From: Mobula hypostoma
Lineage: Eukaryota
Direction of reading: 5' to 3'
DNA length: 64,000 nt
NCBI RefSeq assembly: GCF_963921235.1
Contig: NC_086097.1
Location: 250,296,001 to 250,360,000 of the forward strand
The position numbers and the translations under genes are program-made. Each line of letters opens with the position of its first letter. Positions within the stretch are counted from its first letter, which is position 1. Shown in pieces: positions 37,605-49,029 of the stretch. Under the pieces are notes generated by a model. That model saw only the letters and a program-made list of their open reading frames with translations. It had not been told where the DNA came from and ran no database searches.

Positions 37605-39276
37605 ATGGCAGGGACTGATACAGATTGGCATCAGCAGTGTCGCAGGAGTTCCCAGTCAGCATTTAATTCAACGTAGGACTGCCTTAGGGACTCCAGCTCC
37701 ATATTTTTCCTTGGAGCTTACTCAAATCCTTCCCCATGAGTGGGTATAGCCACAAGTTAGCAGCGATTCGAGATCAGAGTTTTCCTTCCCTGGATGAGCT
37801 GCCAACTACGGCTGACGAACCCTATCTGCCCAAAGGGACTGGTCTTAAGGCACCAGTAACCCACCTTTGCCACTTCTGTCAGTAGAGGTGCCTCCACCGA
37901 GCTTAGTAGCTAAGCCAAGTGTGAAGACCAGGAGCTGGACTTGATTGTCAGAGGCTATTTGAGACCCACGCCATTGGGAGCATATCCCCCTCAACTCCCC
38001 TGGCTGTGCCAACCTTAAGGAACCACGCTACAGGTGGTTCAGCTGTAATGAGTTCGCGGACGGGAGAAGTTATTTTGAGTTTCACACTACAGACGTGCCA
38101 TGGGGCCCGCCAACTGCAGCAGGAAGCAGTTCTGATGTGCACCACATGGGGGAGCTGCAGGTCAGTAGTATGCATACACACCAGCTTCTGGATTCATGAT
38201 ACAAATATTAGAAACATAGAAACACAGAAAACCTACAGCACAATACATGCCTCTCAAAATGTTCATAAATCCTGCCTCTCAGGATCTTCTGCATTAACTT
38301 ACCAACCACTGAAGTAAGACTCACTGGTCTATAATTTCCTGGGCTATCTCTACTCCCAAGGGAACAATATCTGCAACCCTCCAATCCTCCGGAACCTCTC
38401 CCGTCCTCACTGATGATGCAAAGATCATCGCCAGAGGCTCAGCAATCTCTTCCCTCACTTCCCACAGTAGCCTGGGGTACATCCCATCCGGTCGCGGTGA
38501 CTTATTCAACTTGATGCTTTCCAAAAGCTCCAGCACATCCTCTTTCTAATATCTACCTGCTCAAGCTTTTCAGTCCACTGTAAGTCATCCCTACACCAGC
38601 CGAATCTTTCTACTAAGTCCTGAAGGAGGATCTCGGTCCAAATCGACTGTTTATTAATTTCCATAGATGCTGCCCAAACTGCTGTTCCTCCAGCTCTTTG
38701 TATTGCTTTCTAATAATCAACTCCTTGCTTAAAAAGATTATCCCATGTACGTCCCAGGACTGAGCAAGCCTGGAGATTGAATAATCAAATCATTTTATTA
38801 AATATATTCCAGTTTGAACATATAAAGCAAATGTAGTCAGCAACTAATGATCTATTTTTGTAAAATAGTAAATTTTATGTCTTTGCAGTATACTACTTTG
38901 AGTGGAGGGTGAGATACGTCTCTACCAAGGGGGTTTAAAGTACTCCTTCCCTCTGTTAGTGTACAGGTCACCCTCGGGCAAGTGTAGTACCTGCTTAGAC
39001 CCCCCCCCCCCACAAATCAGGGTCTTGTGAAGCCATGGGAGCAGATGATGGATGGTCATATGAGCAGCTGGTGAATATCACAATTCCTGGTTATGCGGCC
39101 ACTGACAGCAGACAGACAACCTCTGAAGAGTATTGATAATGGTTGGGGTCACTTGTCTTGCAAAGACACTGTCCAAAAGAGGCAATGGCAAACCACTTCA
39201 GTAGAAAAATTTGCCAAGAACAACAATAGTCATGGAAAGACCATGATTGCTTCCGTCGTACAACATAGCACATAAC

Positions 39277-39413
39277 GATGGTGATGATGATGATGATGAC
39301 AATGATGATGATGATAATGACAATGATGATGATGATGATGACAATGATGATGATGATAATGATGATGATGATGACAATGATGACAACAATGATGATGATT
39401 AAGCAGGAAGAGG

Positions 39414-39443
<30 letters not shown>
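39277..39443. repeat. (GAT/GAC/AAT)n plus (CA)n compound microsatellite
   Basis: Expanded tail of the SINE-like element at ~38900-39276, which is related to the element at ~1913-2260. Confidence 0.9.
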
Positions 39444-39444
<1 letters not shown>

Positions 39445-39447
<3 letters not shown>

Positions 39448-41110
39448 AAGAAAGTGCAAATAACTTTCAGCATATCTATTGTAATAGGGTAAAAAATCCG
39501 CACAATTGGAAAAATACTGGAACTGATAATATTCATAATAATTAATATAAAATATAAAAAGCTTACTTGTCTTCATCTGTACCTGTCAATGCATATCAAC
39601 AATTTTCTTAAAAATCCTGAGAAAGTGCCTGAATTTTTGACAGTAGGTAAAACATATCTTTTACCTAAAGGGAAATCACAAATGACTCATCAAATTATCG
39701 TCTTATTGCTTGTTTAGAAACTATATATAAAATTGTAACATCATGTATCTCACAACTAATCACCACTCATTTAGATAACCACAATATACTTACAGAGGAA
39801 CAGAAAGGATGCCGTACGGGTATCCTCTGGGATATCAACAAGCAAAGAAAATAGATCATAGCGTGATAAAGGGAAAACTTTTGACAAAATTTACTTCAAG
39901 GCTTAAGAAAATCTGCCAAATAGAGCTCAACAGTAAAAATATAACACTTTCACTATATTAATGTATTCTCTTGGCATAATATCTTGGTCCAAAACCAATC
40001 TGGGAAATTTACAAGGAAAAATAAGAACTGAAATGACAGATTTCAAAAAGCATTATGTACATTTGAACATGCTCAGATTAACACTACCTAGGACAGAAGG
40101 GGAAAGAGAAATGACAGACATTAGAAATCTACACAACGGGTAGATAAGACTTCTAAGGATATATTTTCATCAATGAAAACAGGACTCAGCCCTCCACACA
40201 AGCACATACCACAAAACTTAAATGAGAGCACAGCCCAGAAAAATGAAGATATTATCACTATTGAAGAAAAAGTGAACCAATGGAAGAGCATGACCTGCAT
40301 GGAAGACACCCCCACGATCTGAGCAGACCAGATGTTGAGAAGGAAGTGTCGAATGTCTGGCTCAGAGATGGAGACCTCTTCCCAGAAACAGAGGCGTTCC
40401 CTGTGGCAATACAGGACCAGGTGGTTCACACAAAAAATTATCAAAAATACATAATAAAAGACCAATGAATTCAAGAAGATAAATGCAGAAAATGCCAAGA
40501 AATACCAGAAACAATCAACATGTTACAGGATCCTGTAGCAGTTTAACACAATCTGATTATTTACACAGACACAATCAAGTGGCAACCATCATTCATCAAA
40601 ATCTTACTTTAAAATACAAACTCATAAAAGAAATCATACCTTCCTATAAATACAAGCCTGATTGAGCTTCAGAGTCAGAATACCACAAAATATATTAAGA
40701 CCGATCAGTTATTACAGATAGGACAATCCATAATCACAGTCCAGATATAATAATACAAGATAAACAAGCAAGAACAACTTATTTAATAGATGTAGCCATT
40801 CCAAACACACAAAACACACAGAAATCAATCAGTGAAAATCACCAGAAATATGCTGAATTAGAATTGGAAGACTTTGGGACATGAACAGGGTGTACATTGT
40901 CCCGTAGTAGTATCTATAACTGGTGTCATCCCAGAGTCACTACACAATGGCATTAAACAGTTAGGCCTACACAGCCATAGTTATGTAAATCTTCAGAAAG
41001 CCACAATACAAAACACATTAGAACAGTCTGAAAGTTCCTAGAAATTGAGAAATGAGCATGCTTGTCTCTGCCCGTACCTTGGGTTTTACCAGCTTGAGCT
41101 GAGAAAAAAG
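39445..41110 (+). mobile_element. R4/Dong-clade LINE remnant (restriction-like endonuclease type)
   Basis: EEQKGC, AIQDQVVHTKNYQKYI, CRKC..HVTGSC zinc knuckle, RHNQVA, PDII..D..LIDVAIP; 3' end abuts (TAA)n at ~41115-41127, the known Dong target. Confidence 0.8.
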
Positions 41111-42294
41111 TAAAAATAATAATAATACTAAATAAGCGATAAATATTCAGAACACGAGATGACGAGTCCTTGAATGTGAGTTAAGGGGAATTAAGATAGG
41201 TCGTGGGACGACTGGTGGGATCCCTGATGATGGATATCCACCGAGATACAACACAGAGCGTCATAGGAAGTCATTCCTGCCTGTGGCCATCAAACTTTAC
41301 AACTCCTCCCTTGGAGGGTCAGACACCCTGAGCCAATAGGCTGGTCCTGGACTTATTTCCTGGCATAATTTACATAATACTATTTAATTATTTGTGGTTT
41401 TATTACTATTTAATTATTTATGGTGCAACTGTAATGAAAACCAATTTCCCCCGGGATCAATAAAGTATGACTATGACTATGACTATACTGCTTTCCTGCA
41501 ACAAAGCTCGGTGTGAATATGCTCAGTGGTGGGTAGGGCTGACATATACCGTGAAATGTGTTATTCTGCAGCAGCAGTACAGTGCATTACATAATAAAAT
41601 AAATAAATCACAATAAAAAATTAGTGCAGAATGCACGAAAAAAGCAGTGAGGTAGTTCTTGTGAGTTCAATGTCCTTTCAGAAGTTGAATGGCAGAGGGG
41701 AAGAAGCTGTTCCTGAAAAATTGCGTGTGAGTCTTCAGGCTTCTTCATTCCTGATGGTATTAATGAGGAGAGGGCTTGTCCTTGGCGATGGGGGACCTTC
41801 ATGAAACTTTTGAAGATGTCCCCAGTGCTGGGGAGCCCAGTGCCCGTGATGGAGCCGGCAGAGTTTACAACTTGCTGCAGCTTTTTCCATTCCTGTGCTG
41901 CCGCCTCTCCACACCAGCCGGGAATACGACCAGGTAGAATGCTCTTCCTGGCACATCTGCAGAAATTGGCTGGAGTCTTTGGTGACATGCCAGATCTCCT
42001 CAAACTCCGAATGAAATAAGGCTGCTGGTGCAGCTTCTTTACGATTGCATCAGTAAGCCAGGCCCAGGATAGATCCTCAAAGATGCTGCCACGCACGAAC
42101 TTGAGACTGCTCACCCTTTCCACTATTGCCCCCTCGATGAGGACTGACGGGTGCTCCCTCAACTTCCCTTTCCTGAAGTCCACAATTAATTCCTTGGTCT
42201 TACTGACATTCAGTGCAAGGTTGTTGTTGTTTCTACACCACTCGACCAGCTGATCTATCTCACTTCTGTACACCTCCTTCTCACCGCCTGAAGT

Positions 42295-45280
42295 TCAACA
42301 GTAAGACACGGGAGCAGAATGAGGCCATTCATCCCCTTGAGTCTGTTCTGCCATTCCATCATGACTCATCCTGGATCCCATTCAACCCCATGCGTTCTCA
42401 CCATATCCTTTAATGATCAACTTCTGCCTTAAATGCATGCGTGGACTAGGCCTCCACCACAGCCTCTGGCAGAGCATTCCACACATTTACTACTCTCTGG
42501 CTAAAAAAATTCCTTCTTACCTCTGTTCTAAAGGGTCACCCCTCAATTTTGAGGCTGTGCCCTCTAGGTCTGGATACCCTCCACCATAGGAAACATCTTC
42601 TCCACATCCACCCTATGTAGAACTTTCAACATTCAGTAGGTTTCAGTGAGATCCTCACACATTCTTCTAAATTCCAGTGAGCACAGGAGGCCCAACCCTC
42701 CTCATGTTAACTCTTTCATTCCCAGAATCATCCTCATGAATCTCCTCTGGACTCTCTCCAAAGACAACAGATCCTTTCTGAGATATGGGACCCAAAACTG
42801 CTGACAATACTCCAAGTGCAGCTGGACTAGTGTCTTATAAAGGCTCAGCATTATCTCCTTGCTTTTATATTTTATTCCCCTTGAAATAAGTGCAAACAAT
42901 TCATTTGCCTTCTTTACCACAGACTCAACCTGTAAATTAACCTTCTGGGAGTTTTGCACAAGGACTCCCAAGTCACTCTGCACCTCTGATGTTTGAACCT
43001 TCTCCATATTTAGATAATAGTCTAAATATGGAGAATTTTTGTTCCTATTGTTCCTTTTACCAAAATGTATTATCATACATTTTCCACCACTGTATTCCAT
43101 CTGCTATTGTTTTGCCGATTCTTCCAATTTGTCTACGTCCTGCTGCAATCGCATTGCTTCCTCAGCACTACCTACCCCTCCACCTATCTTTGTATCATCC
43201 GCAAACTTTGCCACAAATCCATGAATTCCATTATCTAAAATTATTGACAAACAATGTGAAAAGTAGCGGTCCCAATACTGACTCCTGAGGAACTCTACTA
43301 GTCACTGGCAGCCAAACAGAAAAGGCTCCTTTTTTTCCCACTTGCTGTCTCCTGCCTGTCAGCCATTCCTCTATCCATGCCAGTATCTTTCCTGTAATAC
43401 CATAGGATTTTATCTTGTTAAGCTGCCTCATGTGCGGCATCTTATCAAACACCTTCTGAAAATCCAAGTAAATGACATCCACTGCCTCCCCTTCTTCCAC
43501 CCTGCTTGTTACTTTCTTGAAGAGATTTGTCAGGCAAGATTTCCCTTCACAGAAATCATACTGACTTTGACTTATTTTATCATTAGTCTCCAAACACTTG
43601 AAACCTCATCCTTAATAATAGACTCCAACACTTTTCCAACCACTGAGGTTAGGCTAACTGTCCTATAGTTTCCTTTTGTTTGCCTTCCTTGTTTCTTAAA
43701 GAGTGGAGTGACATTTGCAAATTTCCAGTCATAGAAACATAGAAACATAGAAAACCTACAGCACGATACAAGCCCTTCAGCCCACAAAGTTGTGCCGAAC
43801 ATGTCCCTACCTTAGAAATTACTAGGCTTACCCATAGCCCTCTATTTTTCTAAGCTCCATGTACCTACCCAGAAGTCTCTTAGAAGATCCCATCGTATCT
43901 GCCTCCTCCACCGTCACCGGCAGCCCATTCCACGCACTCACCACTCTCTGCGTAAAAACTTACATCTCCTACAGAGACATCTCCTCTGCACCTACTCCCC
44001 AGCATCTTAAACCTGTGTCCTCTTGTGGCAACCATTTCAGCCCTGGGAAAAATCCTCTGACTATCCACACGATCAATGCCTCTCATCATCTTATACACCT
44101 CTATCAGGTCACCTCTCATCCTCCGTCGCTCCAAGGAGAAAAGGCCGAGTTCACTCAACCTGTTTTCATAAGGCATGCTCCCTAATCCAGGAAACATCCT
44201 TGTAAGTCTCCTCTGCACCCTTTCTGTGTTTTCCATGTTGTTCCTGTAGTGAGGCGACCAGAACTAAGCACAGTACTCCAAGCAGGGTCTGACCAGGGTC
44301 CTATATAACTGCAACTTTCAGTTTCCTGCTTAATATTATTGACTAGTCTGCCCACATTTTTTCATCTTTTCCTTTCTTATAACTTTTTTTTAGTTGCCTT
44401 TTGCTGGATTTTAAAAAACTTTTTGATCATCCAAATTCCCCACTCACTTTTGCTACATTACATGTCCTTTCCTTGGCTTTTATGCAGTCTTTAACTTCCC
44501 TTGTGCTTCTCCCTCTCAAATTGCAGTATGAATTCAATCATATTATGGTCACTGTCTCCTCAGGGTTCCTTTATGTTAAGCTCCCTAGTAAGATCTGGGT
44601 TATTACACAACACCCAATCTATGATAGCCTTTCCCTGAGTAGGCTCAAGCACAAACTGCTCTAAAAAGCCATCTTGCAGGCATTCAACAAATTCCCTCCT
44701 TTGTGATCTGACACCAACCTGATTTTCCCAATCCCCTTGCATATTGAAGTCCCCATTACAATTGTGACATTACCCTTATCGCATATGTTTTCCAGCTCCC
44801 TTTGCAATCTCAACCCCTCATCTTGGCTAATATTTGGAGGCCTATATACGATTCTCATAATTTTTTTTTACCCTTGACTCCACCCACAGAGATTCAACAT
44901 TCTCTAACCCTATGTCTCCTCTTTTTTAAAGATGTGATTCCATCTCTTACCAACAGAGTCACACCACCACCTATCCCTTCCTGCCTGTCCTTTCGATACA
45001 AAGTATATCCTTTGATGTTAAGCTCCCAACTATGGCCTCTTTCAGCCATGACTCAGTGATGCCCACAACGTCATACTGACCAGTCTCTAAATGTGCCACG
45101 AGTTCGTCCACCTTATTCCGAATGCTACGTGTATTTAAATACAGCACCTTCAGACTTGCATTCTTCGCCTTTTTGAATTTTGCCTCTGCAGCACAATTTA
45201 ACTCTTTGCTCTGTTTGCAGTTGTACCCAATCGTTGGCTTGTCCTTCCTTACATTCATGTTACACCCATCATCTACTTGG
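42295..45280 (-). mobile_element. Long degenerate CR1 ORF2 with a nested CR1 (~43730-44315)
   Basis: LYLNTRSIRN, ITESW, YRPP, LDFQK, VPQESVLGP remnants. Confidence 0.9.
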
Positions 45281-45659
45281 AAATTCTGCCAACAATGGTC
45301 GTGTCATTGGCATATTTATAGATAGCATTGAACTGTGCCTTGCCAGAGTTGTGGGTGTAGAGGGACAACAGTGGACCAAGTACACATCCTTTAATTGCAC
45401 CAGTGTTGATCGTCAGTGAGGAGGAGTTGTTATTTCTGATGGACACTCACTGTGGTCTTCCAGTGAGAAATTCAGGAATCCCTTTGCAGCAGGAGGTACG
45501 GAGGCCCAGGTTTTGAAACTTGTATGATTGTGTTAGTTGCTGAGCCTTAATCAATTGATTGTACCTCTTCCTAGAGATGCTGCCTGGCCTGCTGCGTTCA
45601 CCAGCAACTTTGATGTGCGTTGTTTGAATTTCTAGCATCTGCAGAATTCCTCATGTTTA

Positions 45660-46260
45660 CATTGAGTATAGGAGTTGGGATGTAATGTTGAAATTGTATA
45701 AGGCATTCGTAAGGCCAAATTTGGAGTATTGTGTACAGTTCTGGTCACTGAATTATAGGAAAGATGTCCATAAAATTGAGAGAGTACAGAGGAGGTTTAC
45801 TAAAATGTTGCCTGGGTTTCATCTCCTAAGTTACAGAGAAAGGTTGAACAAGTTGGGTCTTTATTCTTTAGAGCGTAGAATGTTGAGAGGGGACTTGATA
45901 GAGGTATTTAAAATTATGAGGGGGATAGATAGAGTTGACATGGATAGGCTTTTTCCATTGAGAGTGGAGAAGATTCAAACAAGAGGACATGGGTTGAGAA
46001 TTAGAGGACAAAAGTTTAGGGGTAACATGAGGGGAACTTCTTTACTCAGAGAGTGGTGGCTGTGTGGAACGAGCTTCCAGCAGAAATGGTTGAGGCAGGT
46101 TCAATGTTGTCATTTAAAGTTAAATTGGATAGATATATGGACAAGAAAGGAATGGAGGGTTATGGGCTGAGTGCAGGTCGGTGGGACTAGGTGAGAGTAA
46201 GAGTTCAGTACGGACTAGAAGGGCCGAGATGGCCTGTTTCCGTGCTGTAATTGTTATGTG
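45660..46260 (+). mobile_element. CR1 3' fragment
   Basis: ORF 45685-46170 is the CR1 ORF2 C-terminus. Confidence 0.85.
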
Positions 46261-47361
46261 GTTATAAACAGCAGCCTGATGTGGGTATTGCTACTGGTGA
46301 GTTGGTCCCGGGCCAAGTGGAGAACCAGCGTGACTGTATCTGCTGTAGACCTATTGCAGTGATAGATAATTGTAGCAGGTCGTGGACAATTCTGATTTGA
46401 TGGAGAGGGATGTGAAAGCACAGAGGAACATCTGGAGAAATTTCTGAAACGCTCGTTCGCTGCTGTCATTACTGCGTGGTCAGGAATCTTCCGGAGAGTA
46501 GGCCTCAAAATCCCCGGCTTTGCCTGCTGTTGGTGACCGAGATTGAGGTCGAATCATTCGGACAGAGATGGCGCTCAGTACTCGGTGTCAGAGAGCTGAT
46601 CAGAGCTCAAAAGTTTTCGGACGACTCAGAGTCAGACTGTGGTCGGCATGGCAGGGAGAGTTTTTCTTCCTTCTCCCGTCTGTGTGAGATGTGGGACATT
46701 TGAGAGACTTTGAACTTGTACTGTGCTCATGGACTTCTTCATCAAGTTATGGTATTGTTGCACTGTTGTAACTATATGTTATAATTGTGTGGTTTTGTCA
46801 GTTTTTTCAGTCTTGGTCTGTCCTGTGTTTTGTGATATCACACCAGAGGAATATTGTATCATTTCTTAATGCATGCATTACTAAATGACAATAAAAGAGG
46901 ACTGTGTGTCTTCATAATCCAAAAGGTCCGGGTCCTTGCTTAGGCAGGAGTTGATCCTGGCCATGACCAACCTCTGAAGGCACTTCATCACCGTAGACGT
47001 GAGAGCCACTGGGTGAGGCAGCTCACTCTGCTCTTCTTGGGCACTGGAATGAAATTCTTAATTTGTGTCCAATCAAATCAGTGAGGATCGTGCAAGTGTT
47101 GCCATGCTTCTGGCTCCAAAATAGTGTGTCCACAACCTTTTTTCCCTGAGTGCTTTGATGTCTTTGGATTGTGGGAAGAAATCAGATCACCAGGGGGAAA
47201 CCCAGGGGGTCACAGGGAGAACATACAGACTTGTTGCAGACAGCAGCGGGAAACAAACCTAAAATCGATGATCACCTTCACCGTAATAATGTCATGCTAA
47301 CAGTTATACAACTGCTTTGCCATTATTCTATAGTGTAAGATCAATGAATTCAAGACAGATG

Positions 47362-47560
47362 GAAGATGATTGCTCACGTCACACGGCATGGCACAGGCAG
47401 AGTGATGACAATCGCCCACGTCACTCGGCGTGGCACGGGCACAGTGATGACAATTGCCCATATTACACAGCATGGCACAAACATAGTGACGACAATCGTC
47501 CACGTCACTCGGCATGGCACAGAGTGACGACAATTGCCCGCATAGTGATGATGATGATGA
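47362..47560. repeat. ~40-bp minisatellite, 4-5 copies
   Basis: Unit approximately GTCACTCGGCATGGCACAGGCACAGTGATGACAATCGCCCAC, ending in (GAT)n. Confidence 0.85.
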
Positions 47561-47689
47561 ACGTTGTTACGTATTTTCCCAGATGTACTCACCTCATCAG
47601 GTACACGAGAGCAGCCTGCTGTGTTCTCACTAAAGGAACTAAATCTCGATAAATAACACTATTTCAGATGTCTTCTAATGTGGGTAATG

Positions 47690-48408
47690 AAGACAGGTGT
47701 AATTTTAATATAAAATATATATTTTAATTGCCTTTTTGCAGGAATTTTAATGTAGAATTCTCATCTTAATAATGATGGCCCAACTTAATATTTACAATCA
47801 GGGAAAAAGGAAAGAATTATCTTTAAATACAATACTCAATAAAAATATACAAGGATTTTTACAAAACTGCTCTAATTGGTGATTTTTTAAAAATACCTAG
47901 AAATATATAAAAAGCACAATGGTGCAATAACTAACTTTAAAACTATAGAGTAAATATTCAATTAGGAAGGATATTAATAAGATTGAAAAAGTACAGAGAA
48001 AATATACAAGGAGGCTGCCAGGACTGAGGAACTGAGTTGGAGAGAAAGGTTGAATTGGTTTGGACTTTATTCCCTGGAGTGTAGAAGATTGAGAGGAGAC
48101 TTGATAGAGGTGTACAACATTACGCAGGGTTTAGACAGGGTTAGTGCAGGCAGGCTTTTTCCACTGGGGTTGGGTGAGGCAACAACCAGAGGGTGAAGGG
48201 TGAAATATTCACTCAGAGGGTGGTGAGGGTGTGGAAAGAGCTGCCAGTGCAGGTGGAAGGGAAGTTTGGATAGGTACATGGATGGGAGGGATATGGAGGG
48301 CGATGGTCTAGGTGCAGGTCGATGGCACCAGGCAGACTAATGGTTCGGCATGGACTAGATGGGCCGAACAGCCGGCTTCTGTGGTGTGCCACTTTCCGAC
48401 CCCAAGGC
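47690..48408 (-). other. CCN3: Probable CCN3 3' UTR, including an antisense CR1 fragment at ~47960-48388
   Basis: Follows the TGA; AT-rich tract with minus-strand ATTAAA hexamers near 47704-47709, 47723-47728 and 47746-47751. Confidence 0.5.
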
Positions 48409-48690
48409 TCAAGGACTGGATATCTGCTCCATTTGATGAATGGTGTCGTCTGGGACACAATTATCATGGCAGACACACGTGTTGATAACCATCAGTTGGT
48501 GTCTAATCGTCAATCCCCCCACACATCTGAAGTCCACCAGGGATGTTTCGGTGCTGTAAGGGGTGCAGCATCGCCCGTCACTGCACACTCCGCAGTATCT
48601 CGGTCTGTAGGGCTGGATGCTTAAACAGTCCTCGTACGCAAAGTGAGTTGGTATCGTTGCACGCGATGTTCGGCTGCACCTCTTCCCGTT
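48409..48690 (-). CDS. CCN3: CCN3 terminal exon, cystine-knot (CT) domain; not in the ORF track
   Basis: TTTCTTTCCTAG acceptor, phase 0. Manual translation gives NGKRCSRTSRATIPTHFAYEDCLSIQPYRPRYCGVCSDGRCCTPYSTETSLVDFRCVGGLTIRHQLMVINTCVCHDNCVPDDTIHQMEQISSP* with all 10 CT cysteines. Confidence 0.93.
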   Translation of the reverse strand, partial: NGKRCSRTSRATIPTHFAYEDCLSIQPYRPRYCGVCSDGRCCTPYSTETSLVDFRCVGGLTIRHQLMVINTCVCHDNCVPDDTIHQMEQISSP

Positions 48691-49029
48691 CTAGGAAAGA
48701 AAGTGTAAAACGAGACCGATGAATAGACTGTTATGTACAAATGAGGGAAGCTAGTATTGAAAATGCAACTGTTAATAGACAGTTAAAATTAGGAGCCTCT
48801 GCAGGTGCTGGGAATCCAGAGCAATACCGTAGCATAGAGATTAGCACAACACTTGACAGTACAGGAGACTGGGGTTCAATTCCCCATGCTGTCTGTTCTT
48901 CCTGTGACCGCGCGGGTTCCTTCGGATGCTCTGGATGCCTATAGTCAAAACATGTACCGGTTAGTAGGTACTGTAAATTGCCCCATGATCAGGCTGGGTT
49001 TAAGTCGGGGATTGCTGGCTGGTGTGGCT

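Noticed and set aside
39091..39576. Poly-Ile, poly-His and poly-Ser ORFs
   Set aside because: Artefacts of the (GAT)n/(CA)n microsatellite.
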